From assembly GCA_002104905.1 (NCBI GenBank), contig MCFE01000332.1, positions 1 through 64,000 of the forward strand: a stretch of 64,000 bases of DNA, given 5' to 3'. The translations under genes and the position numbers were made by a program. Source of the DNA: Basidiobolus meristosporus CBS 931.73 (lineage: Eukaryota > Fungi > Basidiobolomycota). Of the stretch, positions 51,501-64,000 are shown in pieces; position 1 is the stretch's first letter, and every line of letters starts with the position of its first letter. The notes below the pieces were generated by a model. That model saw only the letters and a list, made by a program, of their open reading frames with translations, ran no database searches and was not told the DNA's origin.

Positions 51501-53118
51501 GGGGGACTAAGCCATTCCTAATGCGGTGGATGAAGATATCAAGAAGATAATCCATGATGAAGCCAGCAAATTTGTAGTACAGGATGAAACACTCCACCAA
51601 ATTGTTGATGGAAGCCCTATTGCCTATTGCCCTTATGTTTCTTGCCTGAATTTAATATATAAGCTACACAATGAATATGGACATCTTGGGATTGAAGGAA
51701 CCTATAGCCTTGTGAAAGCCAGAGCATGGTGGCCCAGAATGAAACAAGATATTGAGAAGCTAGTGAAAACATGCCCAAACTGCCAAATCAATCAAGGCCA
51801 GCCACAAAGAATTGCCAAACTCTTCCCTTTGGAGCCTGTAAGACCATTTGAGAGATGGGGAATTGACTTAATTGGAAGATTGCCAACTACCAGGAAATGC
51901 AACCGTTGGATCCTAGTAGCAATTGACCATGCCACTAAATGGCCAGTTGCTAAAGCTGTACCAATAGCCAGTGAACAAGAAGTTGCAAGTTTCATTTACC
52001 ATGAGATCCTGATGAAGTATGGATGCCCTGTGGAGATCTTATCTGATAGAGGAGCAAACTTTATGGCAAAGACATTAGAGGCTTACCTGGAAATGCAGTA
52101 GATCAGACACTTGAAAACCTCGGCATATCACCCCAGAACTAATGGAGTCACTGAGCGGTTTAATGGATTATTTGGAAAAATCCTCACCAAGTATGCAAAT
52201 GGAGTTGTCAGTAGATGGGATGAGTATATAGACCAAGCACTCTTTGCATGCAGAGTCAGAGTACACAACACCACCCAGCAATCACCATTTTACTTAGTGT
52301 ATGGATGTGAACCAAGGATTTCAGGAGATCTCACACAACCAAAGCTTACAGACACCTTAGAAGATGAACTCAGTCAGCCAAGTAGACACCAGCAACTGGA
52401 ACAAAGACGTCAAGAGGCACAGACCAAAGTATCTCAAAGTGCAGAAAAGATGAAGCCGAGATTTGATAAGACTATAGCACCAGAAGCATTGACAGTTGGG
52501 AACTTTGTATTGCTAAGAAACAACACTTGGAAGAAGTTTCAGCCACAATGAACAGGACCATTCAAGATCATCAGAGAATGTCCATTTGCAACTTACCAAC
52601 TGGTGGACAAACAAGGCAATATCCGGGAAGACTTAGTGCATAGGGACAGACTCAAGCTTGCAAGACTTGCTGATAATACTGAACCATCAAGATATTGGTA
52701 TCACAAGAAAAGAGGTTCAGGAGAACCCTCTCAACTTTAGTAGGGGAGAATGTTATGATCTGCCACTTGAATGTTTAAGTTAGATCAGTTTTTAGTCAAA
52801 TCAATTAGTATATGTTTAGGTTATCAGTATATCAGTATTATCTATCAAATCAGTAGCATTAGTCAGCAAATGAATCAGCAGATCCTTATTGAACAGAAAT
52901 AGACATATTAAGCAGGATCTTATTGGGTGATGATGATGCAATCAGATGAGTCATCAGCCACAACCTACATTAGGAAATACAATTAGTCAGCAATTGATCT
53001 GGCAAAATGTTTATAAGGAGCTGCTGGAACCTCAATAAAAATCAGTTCAAGTTTTAGTGAATACAATACTAGCTAAACTCCCTATTCCTCTACAACTCTT
53101 ATACCAAGACTTGTAACA
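48580..53118 (+). mobile_element. Ty3/Gypsy family C element lacking its 5' LTR; 3' LTR 52751-53118
   Basis: gag-PR-RT-RH-IN order. PPT AGGGGAGAA precedes TGTTA...TAACA. One frameshift at about 51150 and stops at about 51508, 52099 and 52549. Confidence 0.92.
48608..51178 (+). pseudogene. Gypsy C gag-pol reading frame (capsid, CCHC knuckle, protease, RT, start of RNase H)
   Basis: [21 protein letters not shown] (DSGA altered), [37 protein letters not shown] and [14 protein letters not shown]. The likely ATG is at 48608. Confidence 0.9.
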
Positions 53119-55750
53119 TGTGCATATTACTGGGCCTTGCTTCACCTTTTGGGGTTCCCTATAATGTGGATGTGTGGGGAGATAGGAAGACAAGTCAAAT
53201 TGTAGGTACTAGCATATCTCAATATCATCAACAATATTACCTTCAAGACCATGATGAATTTGGTAGGTTGATACATGGAGGACAACCAGGAAGTGTTGGA
53301 AGATATTGAGGACAGATGTGCACAAGGAAACACCTTTACCTGTGGAATTAATAAGCTAAGCAGCCACAATGTGTGGGTAGTTAGTTAAGTAATACAAAAT
53401 TGGGTTGGGTGCAACAAGCAACTAATTTACATTTGGAAAGCTCTACCAGTGATGACAAGTTTCTCTAGGTCACAAGCCAACTTCTACACCATTCAATACA
53501 GAATTCACTCAAACAAGATCCAGAGCACACCTATAAGGGGGAGTAGAATTTAGCAGGGAGAAGCATTATCTTGGCCAAGTACTAATAAGTTATTTGTGGA
53601 GATTCAGGAGGTATTTGTGGCAGAAGTGGTGGCAACCAAGCATATGCTTCCAAGATGTATATATTGCCATCAGTACAAGGTATCTAGCAACTTTGCAATT
53701 ATCACACTAAAAGGCCTTCAACTTGAGGTGATAGAAGTATGTCAGTTGCAGCTGGTGTGTGGATTTGTAGAGGTTTGTAAGCAGGAGGCCACAGTTCTTT
53801 TTTGGTTTAAGCTATATGTGGAGTATCTAACATAGTAATGGGTAAGCAAATGAAGTGGGGTGACTCTGCAGTGGAATATATGAATGGCACAAGGGGAGGT
53901 AGAAAAAGGAAATACTATTTGGTATATTGGTACAGTATCATTGTGGAGAACTAGCTGTAGGCTACTATGCTGCCATAATAATACTAATGAACAGTTGCAA
54001 TGAGGCTGTCACAGCACTGTCAAGTCTTTTTCCATGTAAGGCAACTTGATGTACTGGCTGGTTTGATCCATTGAAAGAGTTGGAGAGCACATTAAGACTG
54101 CAACAATGCCACTCAATAATAGCTACAGTACTGATCAAACCCTGTCAAGTTTTTTCACCTCATTTAGCAGTAAAATTAGCCAAACACCATTGTGAACCTG
54201 TCATAAAATCTTCAAGAAGGCCACTAGTTCCAAGCTGCTGGTATCATGACAGTTTCCCAATGGGATCCTGATAGCTGATCTGGTGTGGATTCACCCATGG
54301 GACCAAGCTATTTTTCATAGTGATCAATATTAATATGCACATTCAAAAATACAAATGCAAAGACTGGATGAACAAGATATGTATATATTCAAGTGCTATT
54401 CAGAAGCCATTCCTACAAATAATACAATACAGGCTTTGGGACTCATACGCTGATGTTGTACAAATATTTATCTAGAAGCCAATCACCAACACCAACTTGA
54501 TGCATCTACAACTGTTGTGCAAGGAGTCTGTAATGGGATTTGGGAGGCCACACTACAAACATAAAGCTGATATGTAAATCACTGCTGTTACTGTATCTGT
54601 TCTCAACTCCATCTCGCTTAGTGTTGGAGAATATTGGGCCTTTCTTCACCTTTCAGGAGTTTCCTATCAAGTCCATCATGGAAATGGTGAGTTGGCTCTT
54701 GGAGGACAGCTAGGAAGAGTTGGAAATACTGAAGACAGATTTGTTCAAGGAAACATCTATGCCTATAGATTTGAGAAGCTAAGCAGCCCCAATGTGTGGG
54801 TAGTTAATTAAGTAATGCAAGATTGAGTTGGGTGCAACAAGCAGCTAATCTTTATAAGGAGAGCTCTACCAAATTATGACGGGTCTCTCTTGGTCATAAG
54901 CCAACTTCTACACCATTCAATACAGAATTCACACAAACAGGGGCCAGAGCACACCTAAAAGTGGAACCTGAATCCAGCAGGTGAAGGAATATATTGTCTA
55001 AATACCAAGTAGTTATTTGTAATATTCAGGAAATATGCATGGTAGAAGTGGTGGCAACCAAGCATATGTTTGCAAGATGTATATGTTGCCAGAAGTACAA
55101 AGTATATGGCAACTTTGCAAGTTTTACACTAAAAAGCTGTAAAACTGAGATTATAGAAATACATCAATTGCAGCAGGTGAACATGTTTGTAAAGGTTAGT
55201 AAGCAGGAGGTCATAGTTACTTTTGAATCAAATTATATGTAGAAAACCCACGGTAGTAGTGATTAAGCCAATAAAGCAGGGTGATTCTACAGTAGAATAT
55301 ATGAATTGCACAAGAGGAGGTAGAGAAAGTAAATACCATTTGGTAAATTGGTAAGGAAGCGTTATACAGCACTAGCTGTAGGCTGCCATGCTGCCTTAAC
55401 AATGCCACCAGAGACTCACAACAAGGCCGTCAAAATACCATCCAGCTTTTTGCCATATAAGTCAATTGGATGTACTGGCCAGTTAGGTCCATTTAAAATA
55501 GCTGTAGAGAGCATTAAGACCAGAACAATGCCGTGCAAATATTGCTACAGTGCCAATCAAAACCCATCATGTTTTATAACTTTATTTGGTAGCAAAAGTA
55601 GCTAAAAGCCATTATGAACCTGTTATAAGATTGTTAAGAGGGCCAATAATCTCAAGCTGCAGGGATTATGATGGTCACCAAATGGAATCTGATGGCTGAT
55701 CCAGATTCAATCCTCCAGTGAGACCGGATTATTTTTCATAGGATAAAGCT
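53119..55750 (+). pseudogene. Two tandem, diverged CACTA-type 3' remnants (about 53120-54310 and 54600-55745)
   Basis: Shared segments, for example CTTCTACACCATTCAATACAGAATTCAC at about 53482 and 54905, are homologous to the 58.5-59.2 kb remnant. Confidence 0.55.
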
Positions 55751-56082
55751 CTGAAGAAGAAGGCTAACAGAATTATTTGGACCTATCTCTCCTAACAACA
55801 GTACTTTACATTAGCGTGGCAAAACTCTATATTGCAATGAGAAAACACCTATTGAAAAAAATGCCAAGGATATTCTTGGGGCCATCTGCCACTAGTAATC
55901 AGTCTTCTAGTTGATGGTGTGATGTTGTGGCTTTAGAAGTAGCAGGTTTCCACTAATATCAGTGATGGGGACTCTGAGGGCTTACTACTACTTCCTGCCA
56001 AGATCATTCTGGGATGTAGTTTACTACATGCTTAGTACAAAAAAAAACCAGCATGCAACTGGCTTCATACAACTCAGAAACT

Positions 56083-58488
56083 AGACTTGCTCCATTGAAT
56101 AGTGTCACATAATGCCAGCCTGTTTACAGTACTAGACTGATCTGGCACTCTTTGGCACCATCTGGCACTGTAACTTCTACCATAATGCCAGTGGTAGGAT
56201 ATAGTTACTGGTAATTTTACTTAATCTTACTTATGTTGCTCAGAGTGTTGCTTCCCTTGCTTTATTCACTCTTCATAATGCTCCAGACACATTTCTCTCA
56301 GTGGATGTCCGGTTGTATGAATGTGCTTTGCATTGATAAGTATCTTAACTATTTTACCTATTCTGCTGTTTTCTCTTATGTATAACTTTCCAATGATTAA
56401 ATATCTGATTGCAAAGCTTTTTCTTCCTGCTAAGCACACCCTTCCTTGGCCTCCTATAAGCTTTGATACATCCTAATCTCTGACAATCCTTGCCTGTACA
56501 AGCCAAGTCTGCCATACATTTCTCCCCTCTACTGAATTCTGGATGATTCTCTACCCAAAGTGCTTCATCATGCCTACTTCCAGCAAATGGCCCACTAAAC
56601 CAGATGATGTTACCCTCAATGTCAGACAGTGCTTGAAACTTAAAACAGTGTGCCTTGTACTTGCCAGAATAAAAGTGCCTCTGCCCTCTAGAAGGTCTGT
56701 TAATCCCAACTGGGAAGGTATCCAAAATACTCCTTATATGGAACCTGTTGCTGAAAACGCTAGGATATGGATTCATAGAGGAGCTTCTGAACCCGGTATT
56801 CCAAGCTTGCTTTAAGTCACTCATACCCTCTGCAGGGTGGTTCTTCATTGCTGTCAGTTGGGAATGAAAGCTTCTAGTACTTTTGTTGCCATGGATGGTG
56901 GGATGAAACCTTGTAGGGCAATAGTTCCTATAATAGCAGAGAAACTTAACAAGGGATCTCCATGGGCAGATTGGAGTAGATGGTCCAGAGTACTTGGTAT
57001 AGATCCCCTATAGTGTGTCGAAAGGAAATCCAGTAGTAGTAATGGGAATGATGAGAAAAGACCATTCAGGTAAGTAAGTCATATTAAATTGGTAGATGAT
57101 CTGGCGTTGAATTGATTTGGCACAATCAGCTTTATTTACTTGATTTTCCATGCATTATGATTAAATCTCCATCAATTGCCATGTATCCCCTCATTATGAT
57201 GCAAAAATCATCCTCAAACAATGACTTGGTATTTTTATTGATGTTTTACTCAGAAGTCTATAATCAAACAGGAAATCTGCAATTGATGTGATCTGTGTTG
57301 AAATATTGGACTATTTGGTATCATTCAGCAGCTAAAAATTTACTTAACAATTCTAGGCTAGTCTTAGTCACTGTAGGACTTATTTACTGCCTTAATTTTG
57401 CCACTTTCTCCAGATATATGATCTTATGATTATTCCCTTATAGTCGGGATCAAATTAGCACTATTACCAAACATTATGTACTAACCCTGAAACTGTTACA
57501 GAATGCTCCTGAATATTGAGAAACCCTCCCTACTTAGTGTTGCAGCTGTATTACTTCTACAAAGGTATAAATACTGAGCTGCTTTATGAATAAACAACAG
57601 TTCAACTATTATCACTATTTCTTGATAAGTTCCTTGTATCCAAATCACTTCTTAAATTGCAACAAGAACCACTTTCAGGTGTGCAAAGTAAATCACAACC
57701 AAATGCTTCAATAGCAATCCCTGTGAGAAAAAAACCTAGAAGAAGATGATATGATTGCATCAAGTTGCTATTATTTGTCATGATCCAAACAACTCATTTT
57801 TTTTGTAATCCGCATCAGGGCATCACAAATCAGTGATCACTAAATTTTTGATTTAAGCACCATGGAGGTTGTCTCACATTTGAGACATGAGCCTATAAAT
57901 AAACACCCTGCATGTTTATACATCATCTGTGGCACCAGTGCAGCCATTTGATCTGATTTGCACCTGTACAATTGGTTATGTGTCAGCTATGACACCTTGT
58001 CCAATCACTAGAATCAAGGATTTACTTGCCTAATGAGCAAAATGGGATATTTGATGGTAAATCAGGTAGCTTGTGTAATGATTAAATAGCCAATTAGGGG
58101 CTGACAGCTTTGGGATACTATTGTACCAATTAACCATTGAGATACCATTTAATTGGAGTGAGGTAACCAAAAAGGTAAGTATCAGTGTAGTTCATAGTGT
58201 GATATGCAACTTTTTAATTTACATTAAAGAAACAATCCAAATACCAGATTTTACCTACCATAATAGTGGTATCTGATTGCGCACATGATGCAAAAATTAC
58301 ACGTTGGTGCAATCATATGTGCCAACCTCATTGTGTCAGATTGTGCCATAGTGTGCAAGATTGTCCCACATGGTGCAAAATGGTCCAAGAGCAATCCTGC
58401 CTACAGGTAGATACCATATTGCACCTGATTGTTCTTAGGGATTGCAGATTGCACTGCTCACCCAGGCATGGTACAATGGAACAAGTTT
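56083..58488. mobile_element. PHIS-family internally deleted copy
   Basis: TIRs AGACTTGCTCCATTGAATAGTGTC and GGCATGGTACAATGGAACAAGTTT. TSD ACT (56080-56082 and 58489-58491). The transposase has lost the RVEH segment and ORF2 is replaced by filler. Confidence 0.9.
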
Positions 58489-58499
58489 ACTATCCTGAT

Positions 58500-59220
58500 T
58501 CCAGCATATGTTAACAGTTGTATGGTATTTATATCCAAAGATGCCACCATTGCAAGGCGTCCAATTTGTTCAGATCCACCACCATAGAAGCAGCATAGAT
58601 CTCAACAGATACTGTATCCATTCTCATTTTCATCTTGGACGGTGTATGGAAAATATTGGACCTTTCTTCACCATTTGGAAGTTTCCTATGGAGCAGATGT
58701 GTGGGGAGATAGGACAACAAGTGGAGTTGCAGGTAATACCATATCCCATCTCATCAGGAATCAAACCTTCAAGTCTGTCATGTTTGTGATGAATAAGCAC
58801 ATAGTGGACAGCCAGGAAGAGTTAGAAAATTCTGAGGACAGATGTGCACTTGAAGACACTCCTGCTTATGGCATTAAGAAACTAAGCAGTTCCAATGAGT
58901 GAATAATCAGTTAAGCTATGCATGGTTAGATTGAACACAGCAAGCAACTAATTCTTTCTAGCGCAAATTTACTAAAGAATTCCACATTTCTCATGGTCAC
59001 AAGTCAGCCTCTACACCACTTGATACGGGATTTACACAAGCAAGAGCTGTAGGCTACTGTTTGGTTGTTATAATACCAGCAGCAGTCTGCAATGAGGCCA
59101 TCAGAGAACTGTCAGATTTAGGGCCATATTAGGCAACTGGAAGGATCAACTGGTTAGGACTGCTCAAATAAATGCAAGTATAATAGCCTGTCAGAATACC
59201 CTGCAACATTTATCAAATGG
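58500..59220 (+). pseudogene. CACTA-type transposase remnant
   Basis: RYCIHSHFHLGRCMENIGPFFTIWKFPMEQMCGEIG resembles the tnp2 H..LH...GP...W.FPMER.CG motif. Confidence 0.7.
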
Positions 59221-60494
59221 TTTTAGAGAATGTACATAGGTGTAGGAGGTATTTGAGTGACTGGGGCCCAAAGGTTAGAGAAGTGGCAGAAAACTACTCA
59301 AAAGACACTGATGCATAGTAGCAAAGTACAATATTGATCAAGTTTTTTGTGAGATCTGAAATGCAGTATCTTTAAGCAGTTTCTGTTGAGATATAGGAGG
59401 GATATGTTGGAAGTGAAATGAAGAATCAGAAAAATAAGTGATACTCACTTGATGAAATATTGAGTTACAGCACAGTATATATACTTGTTGCCAAACTACA
59501 TAAATGTACCTTTTTAATCACTATTGAGGGAGTCTCTGGAATACACGTGTCAAGCTTTAGCTCATTGGGACAAGTTGCACATTTTCCTAATATTCTATAC
59601 TTTTCTTACTCACAGTAAATAGCAGATATCCTAAAACAAATTTGCAACTCATTATTCTGAGATACATCATTTAACAAAGTGCTAGTTCATAACATATTAT
59701 AATTAGGATGACTTCCAATCATTTCAACACTCCCACTCACATATAATGTTCATATTTTTATGAGGTTCCTATGGTATTGTGCATCTTGCTGTTGAAATTA
59801 AACCTGCAATTAACCATATAACTGATTGGACAAACATACCCTCCAATATATGTTGGGGTGGCTTATCATCTGTAATAACTAACTATAAGCCTATATTATT
59901 AATCAAATACCTCATATCAAATTACTTGGAGTCAGAATTCTGATCTTATCAAAAAATACCTACGGGAGAGTATCATCCACTTGATTGGGAAGAAGCTCTT
60001 CCAATACTACTCATATCCAATCATACTCTCTGTCATTAGGTAGCTGTGCTTTCAGGTCTTCTGCTGCTTTTTTCTTGAGCATAAAGTTCTAAAATTGGCA
60101 AAGCTAGGATGTAGCTTCCTTCCAGTAGATCTGAATCATCCAGAGCTCTGATTTATAGTAAAATTCACTGCAACTACTCTCAATGTATCCATAATGAGAT
60201 CTGGGTAATAAGATTCTTCATATATTCCAAATATCATCTGCTTGAGCCAAGAACTGGTCTTCATTGTGGAAGCCTTATTCTTCATCAGTTGGGCTAATTT
60301 TTCCTCTTCCCAACTAGTGCTCTCAATGTGCTTAGCCTAGGTTTTCTTCATTTATTAGACTAGTTCCGTTGGATAGTGCCATATACTGCCAGCCTGTTTA
60401 TAGTGCCAGATTGATCTGGCACTCTATGGCACTATCTGGCACTAAAATTTCTACCATGATGCCAGTGGTATGATACAGTGAGTGGTAATTTTAC

Positions 60495-61424
60495 TCAATT
60501 GTATTTATGTTGCTCAGAATAGTGCTTTACTTGCTTTGTTAACTGTTCATAATGCTCCAGACACATTTCTCTCAGTGGATGTCTTCTTGTATGAGCATAC
60601 TGTGCATTAATAAGTATCTTAACTATTTTACCTATTCTGCTGTTTTCTCCTATATATGACTTTCCTCTGTATTTACCTGCCAATATGCTGAATCTCTTTA
60701 GATATCCAAATGTGTGCTCTACCCTCACTCTGAAATGATTAAATATCTCATTGTAGAGCTTCTGCTTCCTGCTAAGTACACCATTCCTTGGCTTCCTATA
60801 AGCTGTAATACATCCTAATGTGTGACAATCCTCTCCTATATAGGCTAAGTCTGCCATACATTTCTCCCCTCTACTGAATTCAGGATGATTCTCTACCCAG
60901 AGTGCTTTATCATGCCTACTTCCAGCAAATGGCCCACTAAACCAGATGATGATACCCTCAATGTCAGACAGTGCTTGAAACTTCACACAGTGTGCCTTGT
61001 ACTTGCAAGAATAAAAGTGCCTCTGCCCTCTAGAAGGTCTGTTCATCCTCACTGGAAAGGTATCCAAAATACTCCTTATATGGAACCTGTTGCTGAACAC
61101 TCTGTGATATGGAAGTCTATTGGAGCTTCTGAACCTAGTGTTCCAAGCTTGCTCCAAGTCATTCATACACTCTGCAAGGTGGTTCTCCATTGCTGTCAGC
61201 TGGGAATGAAAGCTTCTAGGACTTTTGTTGCCATGGATGGTGAGATGAAACCTTGTGGGGCAATAGTTCTTGTAATATCAGAGAAGCTTAACAAGGGATC
61301 TCCTTGAGTACATTGGGGTTGATGGTCCACAGTACTTGGAATAGATCTCCTCAAGTGTGTCAAAAGGAAATCCAGTGGTAGTGATGGGATTGATGAGAAA
61401 AGACCATTCAGATGAGTAATTCAT
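60495..61424 (-). pseudogene. DDE_Tnp_4 transposase with one premature TGA (Trp codon) near the N-terminus
   Basis: Colinear with 29709-30593. LL*YYKNY replaces LLWYYKNY, and the original stop has mutated, extending the C-terminus. Confidence 0.85.
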
Positions 61425-61785
61425 ATTAAAATTGGTGGATTATTGTATGGAGGTGGTTTGAATCAATTTGGCATGATCTCTGTTATTAATCATATTTTTA
61501 ATGCATTATGATTAAATTTCCATCAATTACCATGTATCCCATCATTATGTTGCAAAAATCATCCGCAAACAATGCCTTGGTACTTTTATTAATGCTTTAC
61601 TCATAGGTCTATAATCAAATAGGAAATCTGCAATTGATGTGATCTGATCCGTGTCAATGCAATCTGAGATGCATCATGCATAATATATGGAAAATTCAAC
61701 AATCACATTAGTTTTCATATACATATTTCATATAAGACCAGGTTGATGCCAATATACTGCTGTATAAGTATCCAAATCCTTTGCT

Positions 61786-63033
61786 ATGGTCCCCATACCA
61801 AGTCTCAACTCATCTTTAGTACAACCCAGACAAAACCCATCCCCCAGCTCACAAGCATGGTCCGGACCGGAAAAGTTGATGTTGGATCCATTCAAGTTCT
61901 TGCTAAATGATTTTAGAAGGGCCCAAGTGCCTATGATGTGCCTTCATACAGATATTTGGGCACTACTGATTAATCTAGCAGAACTAGATACCTTGGAGAG
62001 TTGACAAAGATGGAAGAATTTGAGTAGAAAGCTGCGGCATGAGTTCTACATCAAGATGCCAACTGATACATGTAAGAAGATATATAACAAGACATGTATT
62101 GAAATCAAGAATGAGCTGAGACTGAGGGGATTTGATGAAGAAGCCGTGCGGGAACAATTCTGCGCACAATTTGCACAGTGCAGGCCTGACGCATCTGTTT
62201 GTGCCTCAACTTTGGGAACCAAAGAGATTTTGAATGAGTTTTTGCCTCAAATGGCTAATGTACTGCGTGATATATTAGTAGAGCTAAGTGGCTTCCAAGA
62301 GCAATATACACAGGACTCATCCAGGCAACAGCTCCAAGGTATCAGACAGAGGGTAAGTGAATACCTTGAGGAATCAGATGGTGAGCTTCAGGAGGAAGAA
62401 TACAGACCGCAAGCAACATTGTCCAGATTGCACCAGCACACCTTGCTGGATTCCTTACCATCTCTTGCAACCACAGTGTGCCGGTGCACGTCAGTCCAGA
62501 CTATGCCAACACCCTTTACCAGAGTGCCCCACGTTGAATCAACACACATTGGGTTGATGCGCACGCTTCAGAGCAAAACTACCAGAACTTGCCAAACTGC
62601 TCATTTAGACACAAGTCCATTGGAGCGGACCAAGTTGGGTCAACATGCAGCATCACATCAAACTCAGCCAAGGGCCATCTCAACGCGTCAAGGTGCGCCT
62701 GCGCGTGCCATTTTGCCTGACCATCAGTCAGTTACTTCTGGTGAACTGACTGATGATGACCAACATGAAGTGCCTCAACCACCAGAGCCCTTGGCAAGTA
62801 AAAGAACGCGTCAGCGTGTGGCACTCCAGGCCAGTTCAGTTAGTTCATTTGGAGTGATTCAGAGCGGCCAAGGTGCAGCATTGCACTCATCAACTAGGAG
62901 GCAAAATACTGACTACAAATACACAAGTAGCCAAGATGATAGTCAGCCAGGAAGTAGTATAGGTGTGCAAAGTGAGTCACTACCAAATGCTTCAGTAGTA
63001 ATCCCTGTGAGAAAAAAACCCAGGAGAAGATGA
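61786..63033 (+). CDS. PHIS ORF2, MADF/Myb-SANT-like protein (415 codons with one internal TGA at 62002-62004)
   Basis: The 61786-62004 and 62020-63033 ORFs are in the same frame: DIWALLINLAELDTLES*QRWKNLSRKLRHEF. The C-terminus is basic (RKKPRRR). Confidence 0.65.
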
Positions 63034-64000
63034 TGCAATTGCTTTGAATTGCTATTATTTGCAATGATCCCGACGACCCATTTTTTTGCAATCTGAATTA
63101 AGCCATCAAAAATCAGTGATCATCAAATTTTTGATATAAGTAATATCAAGGTTGTCTCATATATGAGACAGAACCCCTATAAATAAGCACCCTGCATATA
63201 TATATATCATATGTAATACCAGTGCAGCTATTAGATCTGTTTTGTACCAACCTAATTGCTTGCGTGCTAGCTATGACACCTTGTCCAAACACTAGGATCA
63301 AGGATTTACTTGCTCAATGGGCAAAATGGGATATTTGATGGCAAACCAGGTAGTTTGCTTAGTAGTCAATGAGCCAATTGGGGGCTGCCAGCTTCAGGAT
63401 ACTTTTTGGACCAATTAACCACTGAGATACTGTCCAATTGGAATGATGGTAACCACAATGGTACGTATCAGTGTAGTTTATAGTGTGATACACATTTATT
63501 TCCATTTACATTAAAGAAACATATCCAAATACTGGATTTTACCTGTCATAATAGCGGTATCCAATTGCGCACGTGATGCAAACATTACAAGTTGGCACAA
63601 TCATCTGTGCCAGCCTCATTGCGTCAGATTGTGCCATAGTGTGCAAGATTGTCCCACATAGTGCAAAATTGTCCAAGAACAATGCTGCCTTCTGGTAGCT
63701 TTAATATTGCGCCCAATCATTCTTTACAACCACGGATTGCGCCACGCGCCCTGGCACGGTACAATGGAACAAGTCTATTATCAGGGATATTGGACTCTGA
63801 CTGAAGCTACATATTGTGGTGCTACCCTATGAAAAATGGATTGGTCCTCCAGGTACATCCAATCTGGGTCAGCCATCAAGTTCCCATCAGGAGACAGCTA
63901 TACTACCAGCAGCTTGGAATTAATGACCATCTACACAATCTTATGACAGGATCACAACAGTGTTTTACTAATTTACAACTAAACAAAGTTGATAGAATAT

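Larger units (their letters stand above)
60357..63776. mobile_element. PHIS-family full-length copy without nested insertions (3420 bp)
   Basis: TIRs AGACTAGTTCCGTTGGATAGTGCC and GGCACGGTACAATGGAACAAGTCT. TSD ATT (60354-60356 and 63777-63779). Confidence 0.93.

Overview
Eukaryotic DNA with short GT-AG introns, most consistent with an early-diverging fungus (inference from gene content and intron size). The window has two sharply different halves. About 1-17.2 kb is a compact, CpG-normal gene block: TLC-domain protein, small GPI-anchored protein, intronless orphan ORF, DJ-1/PfpI, Ste20-type PAK kinase, a histone H3 variant with a rewritten N-tail, ATP synthase subunit j, CPT1/EPT1-type phosphotransferase and an alpha-arrestin. 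It also holds a short interstitial (TTAGGG)n run. About 18.4-64 kb is a CpG-depleted nest of transposons: two Ty3/Gypsy families, solo LTRs, Copia and CACTA-type remnants, and five pieces of one PIF/Harbinger-ISL2EU-type (PHIS) DNA transposon family. That family has 24-bp TIRs, 3-bp TSDs (ATT, ACT, GTT; AAT for its MITE), a DDE_Tnp_4 transposase and a divergently oriented MADF/Myb-like ORF2. ORF2 carries the same in-frame TGA in all three copies that retain the region. A foldback MITE with the same TIR sits inside one ORF2. TSDs resolve a five-level nested insertion at 26.9-41.1 kb. All family assignments come from manual motif recognition; no database searches were run.
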